IMG/VR virus record: IMGVR_UViG_3300037560_000207
Location: 64,001-128,000 of that record
Strand: one strand, 5' to 3'
DNA from: a virus
DNA length: 64,000 nt
The notes below the pieces were generated by a model. It searched no databases. It saw only the letters and a program-made list of their open reading frames with translations, and had not been told where the DNA came from. A program made the translations under genes and the position numbers. Below are positions 9,311-18,398 of this stretch, in pieces (within the stretch, counting starts at the first letter, position 1; each line of letters opens with the position of its first letter).

Positions 9311-9529
9311 GTGTGTATGTATCTCAACAGACCTCAATTATGGGAAAAACTCAACTCACTTGTGAACCATTATGGCGGCGATGAGAATTTTATAAAACAT
9401 ATGGACGAGTGGCCAAAAACAGTCAAAGAACTAATTTATAGCTCTGAGAAATTAATGATCCGCTTCAAACTCATTGAGCTAATCCCCGATTTAATTGATG
9501 ATGAAGATGTGATTATTGGGATGGAGTAA
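9311..9529 (+). CDS. hypothetical protein
   Basis: GGAGG RBS; followed by hairpin GACTCGTG-ACCA-CACGAGTC (9530-9549). Confidence 0.5.
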   Translation: MCMYLNRPQLWEKLNSLVNHYGGDENFIKHMDEWPKTVKELIYSSEKLMIRFKLIELIPDLIDDEDVIIGME

Positions 9530-9747
9530 GACTCGTGACCACACGAGTCATAAATAGGAGTAAACCATGAGAAATATTAAAGAGGGAGAGGTTCTAGAAT
9601 TCACCCAAAAAAATGGCAATCGACTTGTAATTCTCATCCACGAAGATTGCGTTCTTGTTAAGGCAGATAATTTGGGAACAGACCTCAAAATAGAACGGAA
9701 AAACAGTTTTTGTGTTGGAGTAATAGCTATAAACAAGGATTAAAATA

Positions 9748-10737
9748 ATGTTCGAGGTACCAGAACACACGTGTGATGTAGTTAAAATTAAGTTAGAATC
9801 TCATCCAAATGCTGATTCACTTAGTTTGGTGCGAATTGACGATTTCCAATGCGCTGTCCGCACCGAAGGTTGGAAGGACGGTGATTTGGCTGTCTATATT
9901 CCTTCCGAAAGTGTAGTGCCAGAAACTGAAGAATTCGCATTTCTGGGTAAACATCGTCGAATTAAGGTTCAAAAGATACGTGGTAAGTATTCTGCTGGTC
10001 TGTTAATTCATGCACCCTCGGGCGATAAGGTCGGCGATGATTGTATGGAACAATTGGGAATTGTTCATTATGAACCACTAGCTAAGGGTGATTTTAGTAC
10101 TGATGGTGAAAATGTAAAACCACCGAGAGTAAGTGAACGTTCAAAAGGTGGTTTGTTTACACCAGTATACGATGTATTGAACTTCCGAAAATATTCTCAT
10201 CTTTTCGAAGATGGTGAAGAGATAATAGTTACCGAGAAGCTCCACGGCACTTCAGCACGATTTGTTTGTATTGATGATACAATATATTGTGGGTCTCGTA
10301 GATTTTGGAAGAAAGAAACTACTGACAATCTATGGTGGAAAGCTCTTAAACAATATATGGTTCTTGAAGCATGGCTGCGACATAATCAGGAATTAATAGT
10401 ATATTCCGAAATTTTTGGCCAAGTTCAGACATTAAAATATGGGGCAACCGGAGGTCAGATTTTCTTTGCCGCTTTCGATATATTAAAAGGTACTCAATGG
10501 CTGGATTTTGATGAAGCACACACCATAGGATCACCACTCCCTTGGGTTCCCTTAGTTTATCGTGGACCTTTTGATAAAGAAAGAATACTTGAGTTTGCGG
10601 AAGGGGACTCAAGCTGGCCCGGTGCGCATCATTATCGTGAAGGTGTTGTTGTAAAGCCAGTACACGAGCGCACTGATCCTAAAATAGGACGAGTTCAATT
10701 GAAAGTAGTTGGGAATCGCTATTTAAGTAAAAGCTAA
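9748..10737 (+). CDS. ATP-dependent RNA ligase, DRB0094/Rnl2-like with N-terminal OB-like module
   Basis: HPNADSL N-terminal motif; motif I TEKLHGT; EIFG; FAAFDI; REGVVVKP; LKVV. Confidence 0.88.
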   Translation: MFEVPEHTCDVVKIKLESHPNADSLSLVRIDDFQCAVRTEGWKDGDLAVYIPSESVVPETEEFAFLGKHRRIKVQKIRGKYSAGLLIHAPSGDKVGDDCMEQLGIVHYEPLAKGDFSTDGENVKPPRVSERSKGGLFTPVYDVLNFRKYSHLFEDGEEIIVTEKLHGTSARFVCIDDTIYCGSRRFWKKETTDNLWWKALKQYMVLEAWLRHNQELIVYSEIFGQVQTLKYGATGGQIFFAAFDILKGTQWLDFDEAHTIGSPLPWVPLVYRGPFDKERILEFAEGDSSWPGAHHYREGVVVKPVHERTDPKIGRVQLKVVGNRYLSKS

Positions 10738-10757
10738 AAGAGTGAGGGAGTCAGATA

Positions 10758-10991
10758 ATGAAGAATGAAACTAGGGAAATTATCATTATCGAAGACTTGC
10801 TTGGGCGGCTCATCGACTGGATAGGAGTAGATCAGGTACTCACGATGATTGTCTCCATATGCCACAAACAAGCAGATGAAATGGCCGCAAAGTCTACGGA
10901 CCCAGCCCTTGAGGCTGCGAGGGTGTGGACTGAGGCTGCCAATCGAGTTGAAACTGTTATTTTGGCAGGTCAGGAATGCGGCGTGGACTAG
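10758..10991 (+). CDS. hypothetical protein
   Basis: GGGAG RBS. Confidence 0.5.
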   Translation: MKNETREIIIIEDLLGRLIDWIGVDQVLTMIVSICHKQADEMAAKSTDPALEAARVWTEAANRVETVILAGQECGVD

Positions 10992-11131
10992 CCTAGTTGC
11001 TTTGTCCCCCTTTCAAAGCATCGGCAAGCCCACCTTTGTGTGTCATCGAAGGGCACTAACCTGGAGCTTTGGGGGTAACGACCTATACAGATGACTTAGC
11101 TCCTCATGTTCCGTGGGTGAAGCGGACCAGA

Positions 11132-11204
11132 GCCCCTGTAGTTTAATGGTAGAATGACAGGCTTTCAACCTGTTGGCGATCCGGTTCGACTCCGGCCAGG
11201 GGTA
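11132..11204 (+). tRNA. tRNA-Glu (anticodon TTC at 11164-11166), CCA not encoded
   Basis: Acceptor GCCCCTG/CAGGGGT; D stem GTTT/GAAT; anticodon stem ACAGG/CCTGT with loop CTTTCAA; T loop TTCGACT; U11-A24 and U13-G22 present. Confidence 0.85.
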
Positions 11205-11232
11205 TTCAATAAAACAGAAAGGAGAAATTTAT

Positions 11233-11400
11233 ATGAAAGTTTGGGTAGTATACGCAGACATGGGATATGATGGATACTCTCATCCACTTGCAGCGTTCTC
11301 TTCCAAAGAAAAAGCAGTAGTATATTGCAATGCAGATCATAAGGATATCGACGAAGATGTCCTCCTTGAATGGGAAGAACTAGAAGTGGATACACAATGA
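11233..11400 (+). CDS. small acidic hypothetical protein
   Basis: AAGGAG RBS before MKVWVVY. Confidence 0.55.
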   Translation: MKVWVVYADMGYDGYSHPLAAFSSKEKAVVYCNADHKDIDEDVLLEWEELEVDTQ

Positions 11401-11663
11401 ACGCATTTGAACGGGCTCGTCACTTTAAAAAATCTGAGATGCTCATTGTCAACCTGAATGAACACTACGTCGAATGCTTCGTATGCGGTGAGTTAACTTT
11501 GCCTAAATATGGAATACCCACATATGAAGATACAATACTTCCCAACGACTGGCCTGGAGAATGGTTTGGCCAAACGGTGTGTGAACGATGTTTCATAGCG
11601 CAGGAACAGATACAAAGACCAACAGAAAAGGAGGAATTGATATGTCTTACATACGATGTTTAA
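11397..11663 (+). CDS. zinc-finger hypothetical protein
   Basis: CFVCG...CERC; ATGA overlap. Confidence 0.55.
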   Translation: MNAFERARHFKKSEMLIVNLNEHYVECFVCGELTLPKYGIPTYEDTILPNDWPGEWFGQTVCERCFIAQEQIQRPTEKEELICLTYDV

Positions 11664-12154
11664 GCAACCCAGAAGCATTATATGTCTATGGTGATGGTGA
11701 AAAAACGTGGTTCTTGTGGCAAGAAGAAATTCCTGCCGACAAAAGTTATATTGCAACTACAAATTATGGTGATGCCGGTTGGAGCGAATTTTTCCATGTG
11801 GAAAATAAATGCCATCATATGATCGGAGTTCCATCTAACGAAGTAGAGGAGTTTTTTCTTAAACTACATGAGTGGGAAAAATTAGATTATAAAGACGTTG
11901 ACATTGACCATCCATTTTCTCACGGCAATATGTCAGTGGTTGAGTGTCATATACTAACTGGAGATGATGAAGGAGAATGGAGAATTAAATTAACCCTCGG
12001 TCCCAATCTTCCTGATCTAATTATGTGGAAAGTCACTTGGGAATACTTAAAAAACAGTTTCTACAATCATATTCCCAATGTACCTTGGTATCGTAAGTGG
12101 ATTCAAAATCTGAAGCGTTCACTATCATGGCAAAGTACTAGGAAATCACTATGA
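11642..12154 (+). CDS. phage hypothetical protein
   Basis: GGAGG RBS before MSYIRCLSNPE. Confidence 0.55.
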   Translation: MSYIRCLSNPEALYVYGDGEKTWFLWQEEIPADKSYIATTNYGDAGWSEFFHVENKCHHMIGVPSNEVEEFFLKLHEWEKLDYKDVDIDHPFSHGNMSVVECHILTGDDEGEWRIKLTLGPNLPDLIMWKVTWEYLKNSFYNHIPNVPWYRKWIQNLKRSLSWQSTRKSL

Positions 12155-12612
12155 ACAAAGAAATCATCCTACAAATAGTTGAGGAATCAAAAGAAATACC
12201 AGACTCATCTCTCAATTTCAACACTTGGTACTGCGAAGAAGATGGTGTAATTACCATGTGTCCCATTGGAAAGCATGTTCTTAATCACCAAGAGTTGATA
12301 AAGAAACTTGATGTCAGTTCAGAAGCTATGTTCCATAAGGGTCATCACAAAAAATGTTGGCACATCTCTCCAGTACGTCTAGCACAATATCTTAACATCT
12401 CTGATACGGCAATCGATTTATTATTCAATAATCCAAACTTAACCAGAGACCAATTCGTCGAATTGGTTAATAAATTTATAACAGGAGAGATAGAAATACG
12501 TGAATGTCAGCAAGAACACTGTGGTTATGTATATGTAACATTTCCAAACGATCCTGCGTGTGTCTGTGATAATTGCAAAGAAGACTTACTGGACATGTGT
12601 GGTATAAAATAG
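12151..12612 (+). CDS. hypothetical protein with C-terminal Zn ribbon
   Basis: CQQEHC...CVCDNC. Confidence 0.55.
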   Translation: MNKEIILQIVEESKEIPDSSLNFNTWYCEEDGVITMCPIGKHVLNHQELIKKLDVSSEAMFHKGHHKKCWHISPVRLAQYLNISDTAIDLLFNNPNLTRDQFVELVNKFITGEIEIRECQQEHCGYVYVTFPNDPACVCDNCKEDLLDMCGIK

Positions 12613-12621
12613 GAAGAAACG

Positions 12622-12837
12622 ATGATAATCTATCAAATGGAAGCAACAGGCCCGCTCTACCTACTCAACGGTGAACATTCCATAATGTCAAGGAAAGTCT
12701 ATACAACAATGCCTAACGCAATAGAAATCCAAGAATTCAAGCAAAAATGCGGTCCAGAAGGAGGAGGAGTTCGTGATCTTGATCCGACGAAAATAACAAT
12801 TAAGATTGTCAAACTTGATCTTATTGACAACTCTTAA
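12622..12837 (+). CDS. hypothetical protein
   Basis: AGGA RBS. Confidence 0.45.
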   Translation: MIIYQMEATGPLYLLNGEHSIMSRKVYTTMPNAIEIQEFKQKCGPEGGGVRDLDPTKITIKIVKLDLIDNS

Positions 12838-12900
12838 GCACTGCAAAATAATCGTGTAGCCCAAACCAATTCGGTCTGTGTAAAATAAGAGGATAAAGTA

Positions 12901-13206
12901 ATGAATACGGTAGAATTAAAAAATGGAACAACACATTTAGCTTCGTTTGTGTCTTCTATTAGGTCTGCGATACAACATTTGTTTTACGACGAGCCAATAG
13001 CGTTCAATGAACTTGTCCAATTATGCCGCAGTCCAGCCCATCCAATTTGGAAATCAAGCACTCGGGTACTTATTGAATATTCTCTCCTTACCAAAACAAC
13101 GACAGGATTTATAGTCCATGACGGCATTCGTGATATCGTCCTCTCAGCCACAGAAGGAAACGGACCAAATCTAAAACTGGTGAGCCCAGTTAGGAAGGGA
13201 ATTTAA
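12901..13206 (+). CDS. phage hypothetical protein
   Basis: GAGGA RBS; 101 aa. Confidence 0.6.
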   Translation: MNTVELKNGTTHLASFVSSIRSAIQHLFYDEPIAFNELVQLCRSPAHPIWKSSTRVLIEYSLLTKTTTGFIVHDGIRDIVLSATEGNGPNLKLVSPVRKGI

Positions 13207-13264
13207 ATGTATCTATGTACATTTTATTGCTCACATCTTTCTCTACAGTAGTTTTAGATGACCT

Positions 13265-13672
13265 ATGAAAAACGAAGATGTAGTAAGTGTAAATGCACCA
13301 CATTCTTTGGACGACACTACATACGCGATCTTGGCTGGCGATGGGTATGTGTCGAATGTGGTCATCGAATTAAACGTGCAGCCAAGTGGGGAATTAGAAA
13401 TGAGTGTAGAAATTGACCTGGCAAAACAGTTAGTTCAACAAATTGGATTTGCAAGATCATCGTTAGCTAACCGATGTACTGCTCTAGCAGAAAATATGCG
13501 CTTACTTGCAAGAAAATTAGACGGAGACATGCCTAATGATAGTCTTTGTATCAATGATCTGGGAGAAATTCAGTCACAGGGAACAATCATTGATGCTGAA
13601 TGTGGGCGGCTGGCAACCAGAATCGATATGTTACAGCTTCTTAAGCAAAACTTAGAAGGAGTCACTGAGTGA
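13265..13672 (+). CDS. hypothetical protein
   Basis: 135-aa ORF. Confidence 0.5.
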   Translation: MKNEDVVSVNAPHSLDDTTYAILAGDGYVSNVVIELNVQPSGELEMSVEIDLAKQLVQQIGFARSSLANRCTALAENMRLLARKLDGDMPNDSLCINDLGEIQSQGTIIDAECGRLATRIDMLQLLKQNLEGVTE

Positions 13673-13673
13673 G

Positions 13674-14054
13674 ATGTTCACAACCATATGGTCTACCACC
13701 GAAGCTATAGAATTTTTAAACAAAAACGCTTTCCGACTAGATCAATGCCCAATTTGTAAAAGAAATAGTGGTTATAAAAAAGAAGCTATTGGTACATATG
13801 GAATGGTCGATGAACTTACGTTGTACCGATATACTCTCCTTGATGGTAGTACGGCAGACGAATTTGTGCAAGATGAAATATGGGATTCAGGACCAATGAT
13901 TTGGCTTGGTCTGAGATGGAAAGACTCCGAGTTCAGATGGGCTGACAAAGAAATCGAGGACAATGACAATGAATTACCGGATTATGGACTGAGTGAAGAA
14001 GGGAATTATTACACTGAGCAAGAAGATTTACGAAGAAGGAACGAAAATAAATGA
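13674..14054 (+). CDS. hypothetical protein
   Basis: AAGGAG RBS; CPIC. Confidence 0.5.
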   Translation: MFTTIWSTTEAIEFLNKNAFRLDQCPICKRNSGYKKEAIGTYGMVDELTLYRYTLLDGSTADEFVQDEIWDSGPMIWLGLRWKDSEFRWADKEIEDNDNELPDYGLSEEGNYYTEQEDLRRRNENK

Positions 14055-14260
14055 TAATCAAAAACTTGAACCGGCCCAGTCTAAAACACAAGTTGTTCGC
14101 GGTATATCACCACCATGAGTATGGATCGACTCAGTGGTTGTTGTGGTCGAAATTCTTGCCAACGGAAGGACAAATCATCGAAGCGCTTGGTATTGACTTT
14201 GAACCTGAGAAGGATGAGTTTATCGATATTGAAGAAATAGTAAGAATTCACACGTTGTAA
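14051..14260 (+). CDS. hypothetical protein
   Basis: ATGA overlap. Confidence 0.5.
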   Translation: MIIKNLNRPSLKHKLFAVYHHHEYGSTQWLLWSKFLPTEGQIIEALGIDFEPEKDEFIDIEEIVRIHTL

Positions 14261-14275
14261 ATGGAGGAATAACCC

Positions 14276-14590
14276 ATGAAAATTAAACTAACCAAAAGAT
14301 GGAAACGAAGACCACACTCTGAATCATCTGATGCAATGTGTGGATATATCCATTTAAAATGTGATTTCCGTATAGTAGGAAATAAAAATCAGGGAGTTAA
14401 TTTAACTAAAAAAGATTTACAATGGGCTGGTTCGGCATCACTAGTACAACACACACGATTTGGACCTATCCAAAAGTCGATAAAGGCGGCTCAGCAAGAC
14501 GCACAAAGATTAGCAGTGGAATTACTACAAGATATCCGGGATGGAACAAAGATACTCATGGATTACTATGAGATGGGGGAGGATGATTAA
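14276..14590 (+). CDS. hypothetical protein
   Basis: GGAGG RBS. Confidence 0.55.
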   Translation: MKIKLTKRWKRRPHSESSDAMCGYIHLKCDFRIVGNKNQGVNLTKKDLQWAGSASLVQHTRFGPIQKSIKAAQQDAQRLAVELLQDIRDGTKILMDYYEMGEDD

Positions 14591-15057
14591 TGTCAGTTAA
14601 AATGGATTATGAACAAGCAGCAGAAGAATTACACGCACTTATAAGAGAATGCGACGCAGACACTTTAGCTGCTATATATGAGCAATCATTTGGTGCAGTT
14701 GAAAGCTGTGAACAATCGTGTGAAGGTGATTATTTTATAGCAACATACCACGAAGGGCTAGAACCGAAACCATTCGAACTCAGTGATTTCGAATTCAGAA
14801 AATTATTTTGGTCTCCATTCGAGCAGTACAAACACCTAATTGGGTGTGAATTCAAACCGGTTTCTGTTGAAACATTAGACCAAGGAGACGGACCATTTCC
14901 GTTATTCAAAATCAAATTTACATATGGTGAAGAAATAATAGATGCCTGGGAAGAAGAAGTAGTCACCCCATCATCTATCTTTGTTAATGACGAGCACCCA
15001 CCAAAAGACGAAGAACTACCAAAAAGAGGATACTGGTATGATTACTTGGGCAGATAA
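14590..15057 (+). CDS. acidic hypothetical protein
   Basis: TAATG overlap; GGAGG RBS. Confidence 0.55.
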   Translation: MSVKMDYEQAAEELHALIRECDADTLAAIYEQSFGAVESCEQSCEGDYFIATYHEGLEPKPFELSDFEFRKLFWSPFEQYKHLIGCEFKPVSVETLDQGDGPFPLFKIKFTYGEEIIDAWEEEVVTPSSIFVNDEHPPKDEELPKRGYWYDYLGR

Positions 15058-15286
15058 AGTTGCTTTTGTTGGTTTGACGGTAAAAGCTGTACCATCTTCT
15101 ATCTCGAAAGGTATTGGTTACCCTTATAGGGTCAAGTTGTGCTATAATCCCGGTCTCTGTTCATTCGGAGATGGACACACCATAGACGAAGCAATTAAAG
15201 ATGCGGCAATATCTATGCCAATTGATTGGACATCCGTAGAACGAAAAATTACTGAACTAGAATGGCAACGGATGTCTCATGTATAA
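15035..15286 (+). CDS. hypothetical protein
   Basis: GAGGA RBS before MITWADK. Confidence 0.45.
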   Translation, partial: GMITWADKVAFVGLTVKAVPSSISKGIGYPYRVKLCYNPGLCSFGDGHTIDEAIKDAAISMPIDWTSVERKITELEWQRMSHV

Positions 15287-15295
15287 AAGTGAACA

Positions 15296-15365
15296 AGAGG
15301 GTGGATGTTCCACCTTTTAATCAGATGTGGTGTGTAGCCACTTTACAAAGGGGTAAATATACCCC
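15296..15365 (+). promoter_or_regulatory. three hairpins upstream of the Ubl gene (the first may be a terminator)
   Basis: GGTGGA-TGT-TCCACC followed by TTTT; GTGGT/GCCAC; GGGGTA-AATA-TACCCC. Confidence 0.45.
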
Positions 15366-15384
15366 AATTTTATTGGAGTTTGTA

Positions 15385-15618
15385 ATGAATGAAGTAACGC
15401 TAGTTTCGAATGATGGTTGTGGCCTTCCTATTAGGATTCCGGTTACTGAAGGGACAACGCTGGAGAAGTTTCTGGAAGTCCATTTCGATGGTGACCCGAA
15501 TGAGTTCACAATTCGAGTAAGGGCAAATGGGACTACAGTAGAATGTCATCGGGATTATGTTTTGTGCGATGGAGATCGCGTTAGCCTCGCGCCAAACAAA
15601 ATCGAGGGGGCCGTGTAA
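15385..15618 (+). CDS. ubiquitin-like beta-grasp protein (ThiS/MoaD superfamily), 77 aa, C-terminus KIEGAV
   Basis: GGAG RBS 6 nt before ATG15385; EGTTLEKFL...FTIRV...DYVLCDGDRVSLAPNKIEG fits the beta-grasp pattern (L.DGD.V.L.P..xG). Confidence 0.82.
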   Translation: MNEVTLVSNDGCGLPIRIPVTEGTTLEKFLEVHFDGDPNEFTIRVRANGTTVECHRDYVLCDGDRVSLAPNKIEGAV

Positions 15619-15711
15619 CTTCGGTTATGGGTTAGCCGTGGATGTATCTTGGTGGTAATATAATGCTATCATCAAAATGCTTCACAACCTTCTCTAATAG
15701 GTAACACTGCA

Positions 15712-15936
15712 ATGAAGTACGAGGTTGATGTCAAAGAAGTTTGGACGCGAACATTCACAATTGAGTCTGATGTTCCACTAACAATCCAAGAACTTCGAGA
15801 AAAAGCTAATGAGCTACTCGAAGAGGGTGAGGAAGAAGAGGTTCTTGATTATTCTAGTACTTGTGAGCCCGAGGAGTGGCCTGCAAGAATTGTTGAGATT
15901 GTAGATGATAGAAGAGTTGTCTCTTCTATGAATTAA
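15712..15936 (+). CDS. small acidic hypothetical protein
   Basis: 74-aa Glu-rich ORF. Confidence 0.55.
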   Translation: MKYEVDVKEVWTRTFTIESDVPLTIQELREKANELLEEGEEEEVLDYSSTCEPEEWPARIVEIVDDRRVVSSMN

Positions 15937-15949
15937 TTTAAAGGAGAAA

Positions 15950-16204
15950 GTGATGAAGAAGGGTCCAGGAACGAACGAAGATCAGGTAAAGGCTCTCCAA
16001 ACAAAGGTTGGAGATGCTGGTGTAAAGAAAGCTGATGTAATCATTAGTCAATACACCCCGGAAGTAATTGCTCTTGCGTACAAGAGGGTACGTATCAACG
16101 CTGCTAAGAATAAACTTCCGAAGAATGTTACCAAAATGCTTGGTAAACTTTCGGATACGGACGCAGCAATTGTCCGTAATAAGCTGACGCAAGTTAAAGC
16201 GTAA
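15950..16204 (+). CDS. small Lys-rich helical protein
   Basis: Strong AAGGAG RBS and its own terminator. Confidence 0.65.
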   Translation: MMKKGPGTNEDQVKALQTKVGDAGVKKADVIISQYTPEVIALAYKRVRINAAKNKLPKNVTKMLGKLSDTDAAIVRNKLTQVKA

Positions 16205-16213
16205 GTAAGATTG

Positions 16214-16248
16214 AGGATTGGGGGCAGACCGCCCCCATTCCTTTTTTT
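16214..16248 (+). terminator. Rho-independent terminator
   Basis: GGGGGC-AGACC-GCCCCC stem with extension, followed by T7. Confidence 0.8.
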
Positions 16249-16336
16249 GTAGTGGAATGAATCTATGAATAGAATTACTTTGCAACCAATGGCATGTATT
16301 GGATGAGATCAAACATTTGTTCTAAGGAAATTAACT

Positions 16337-17614
16337 ATGAAAAAAGAGCGGCATCCATTAATAAATGAAAACAAAAAACTAATCCGCCGTGCTGCATTCA
16401 AATACTATAATTGGATGATGACAGAGTCGAAACATTCTGCCACCCTCTATGGGGATACAGTCCTGAGCCCCCTACGCGGGACCCCTGAAAATTTAGCCGA
16501 GATGAAAAAATGGATCACACGATTTTTAAATGGAATCAGTCCACGTATCCAAGTTGACCCGTGGGATGGAACAGAATGCATTGGCATCTCCAATCCAGAT
16601 GTATATAAAACCATTGCCACAGGTATGATTCCAAACTTGGGAAATGATATCATCGAAGACATTAATATAGCAATAGCCAGGCTCAAAATAACAGTAGAAA
16701 AAACAACAATCACGCCCTTTTCTTTAAAAGAAGCAATAGAAGAAATCATAATCATCACCAAAGCGTGGGAGAAGGTTAGTTTCCGAGATGACATATTATC
16801 AGTACTCGTGACTGGTGTCAGTCTAGAGGACGAAAATGAAACGGTGTCTCTGGGTGACTTTTGGGTGCATTTAGACCTCACCCATCCTTTAGGCTCACCA
16901 AATGTTGAATCGGTTGACAAAATCGAGTCTGAAAATGGATTCTATCATCCTCACGTATCTGGAGACGATGAACTCTGTGGTGGCGACGGCGATTTGCTAA
17001 TGAATGAAGCTCTCTGTCAAGGAAGATTAGAAGATTATTTCAGAATTGCCGAAGCAGTCCTTCGAACCTATAACAGCAATTCCCCACATGAAAATCTTTG
17101 TGAATGGTCTAATCCTAGCCACGAAGGAGACAACTATTGCGATAGGTGTGAAAAGTGGCGAGACGGAGACAGTACTTATTATTGTGAGGGGTGTGATAGA
17201 ACATACTGTGAAAATTGTGACCTGGGTGGTGGCTGTGTGTGCAATGAATGTGGTGAATGGCGATGTGGTGAATGTAGCTCCTCTTGTAAAGCCTGTAGAG
17301 AGACATCATGTTATGGATGCAATGAGAATCACTGCATCTATTGTCTAGATTCATGTATATCTTGTAATAATCATTGTTGCGAGTCATGCACACAATCCTG
17401 TACTAATTGCGGAGATGTAACCTGTAATGATTGTATGGAAACATGTGAATCCTGCGAAGATAATTGCTGTTCCGAATGCATTGATAAAAATTGTAGCGAA
17501 TGTAACAAGAACATCTGCAAAGAATGCCAGATGACTTGCGATCACTGTGGAATAGCTATGTGTGTTTCTTGTCTAGACGAACACAAGTGTCTGTTAGCTG
17601 AAATTCCTAACTAG
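16337..17614 (+). CDS. prokaryotic E2 (UBC-fold) protein with C-terminal tail of 18 CxxC motifs
   Basis: HPHVSGDDELC has the same spacing as canonical E2 HPNxxxxxxxC; tail from YCDRC to CVSC. Confidence 0.72.
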   Translation: MKKERHPLINENKKLIRRAAFKYYNWMMTESKHSATLYGDTVLSPLRGTPENLAEMKKWITRFLNGISPRIQVDPWDGTECIGISNPDVYKTIATGMIPNLGNDIIEDINIAIARLKITVEKTTITPFSLKEAIEEIIIITKAWEKVSFRDDILSVLVTGVSLEDENETVSLGDFWVHLDLTHPLGSPNVESVDKIESENGFYHPHVSGDDELCGGDGDLLMNEALCQGRLEDYFRIAEAVLRTYNSNSPHENLCEWSNPSHEGDNYCDRCEKWRDGDSTYYCEGCDRTYCENCDLGGGCVCNECGEWRCGECSSSCKACRETSCYGCNENHCIYCLDSCISCNNHCCESCTQSCTNCGDVTCNDCMETCESCEDNCCSECIDKNCSECNKNICKECQMTCDHCGIAMCVSCLDEHKCLLAEIPN

Positions 17615-18333
17615 AGTGAACGATAATCGTGGATTTGTTTGATTAGGGATAGAAATTCGTCGGGCATCTGATTTTGTTTCATACGATTGACAGCTTCAGT
17701 AACCCATTCGATATTGTCTATATCGCCTGCAAGTTCTGGAAATCTAGAGCGTGGCATGATATGGTCAACCCAAGCATTATCCCCTAATATAAGGTTGTCA
17801 CCAGTGTAGGAGCACTTATAGTTTTGGCCCTCTAATTTCGCTAATAAAGCATCAGCATATTTTCTAGACCCTAGATTGGATTGGGAAATATGCTTAAGAT
17901 AACACGATTGACATGTGATATGTAGGTTACCACACCTGGTTACTCCAGGTAATTGCGAGAATCGACCACAACGAACACACAAATCCAGTTTATTAAGTCG
18001 ATCAATACGATTTTGATGGAGATTTCTTAACCTTAACCAACATCTATTACACATCTTTCGACCATCCTCTGATGGATTTTTTCCGCAATAAATACATTTA
18101 CCATCATCTAATCTCTTTGAGCGAACTTTACGATCCTTATCTCGAACCCTGATCTTACACTTAGAACAATGCTTGCTGCCCTCAATAGGTTGATCCCCAC
18201 AGCGAGGACATAAACCTTTAGTAAGCCGTTCTTGATATTGTTTTTTTTGTCTAGCTGTCTCTTTGTCTACGCAGACTTTGCATTTTTTTGCTGGTCGTTC
18301 GTGTGGTTGCCCACAAGCACTACATTTTTTCAT
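17611..18333 (-). CDS. HNH endonuclease with N-terminal Zn-finger repeats
   Basis: YKCSYTG...WVDHIMPRS...DNIEWVTEAVNRMK; repeated CxxCG...CxxC units; GGAG RBS on the minus strand. Confidence 0.8.
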   Translation of the reverse strand: MKKCSACGQPHERPAKKCKVCVDKETARQKKQYQERLTKGLCPRCGDQPIEGSKHCSKCKIRVRDKDRKVRSKRLDDGKCIYCGKNPSEDGRKMCNRCWLRLRNLHQNRIDRLNKLDLCVRCGRFSQLPGVTRCGNLHITCQSCYLKHISQSNLGSRKYADALLAKLEGQNYKCSYTGDNLILGDNAWVDHIMPRSRFPELAGDIDNIEWVTEAVNRMKQNQMPDEFLSLIKQIHDYRSL

Positions 18334-18398
18334 TATTTGTCTCCTGGGTTAATATATTTCTCTAATATATTATACACCAAAGAGACCAAACAAAGGGA

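Noticed and set aside
15262-15384. N-terminal extension of the Ubl ORF given in the track
   Set aside because: It overlaps the upstream gene and runs through hairpins. ATG15385 has a good RBS and gives a typical 77-aa Ubl.
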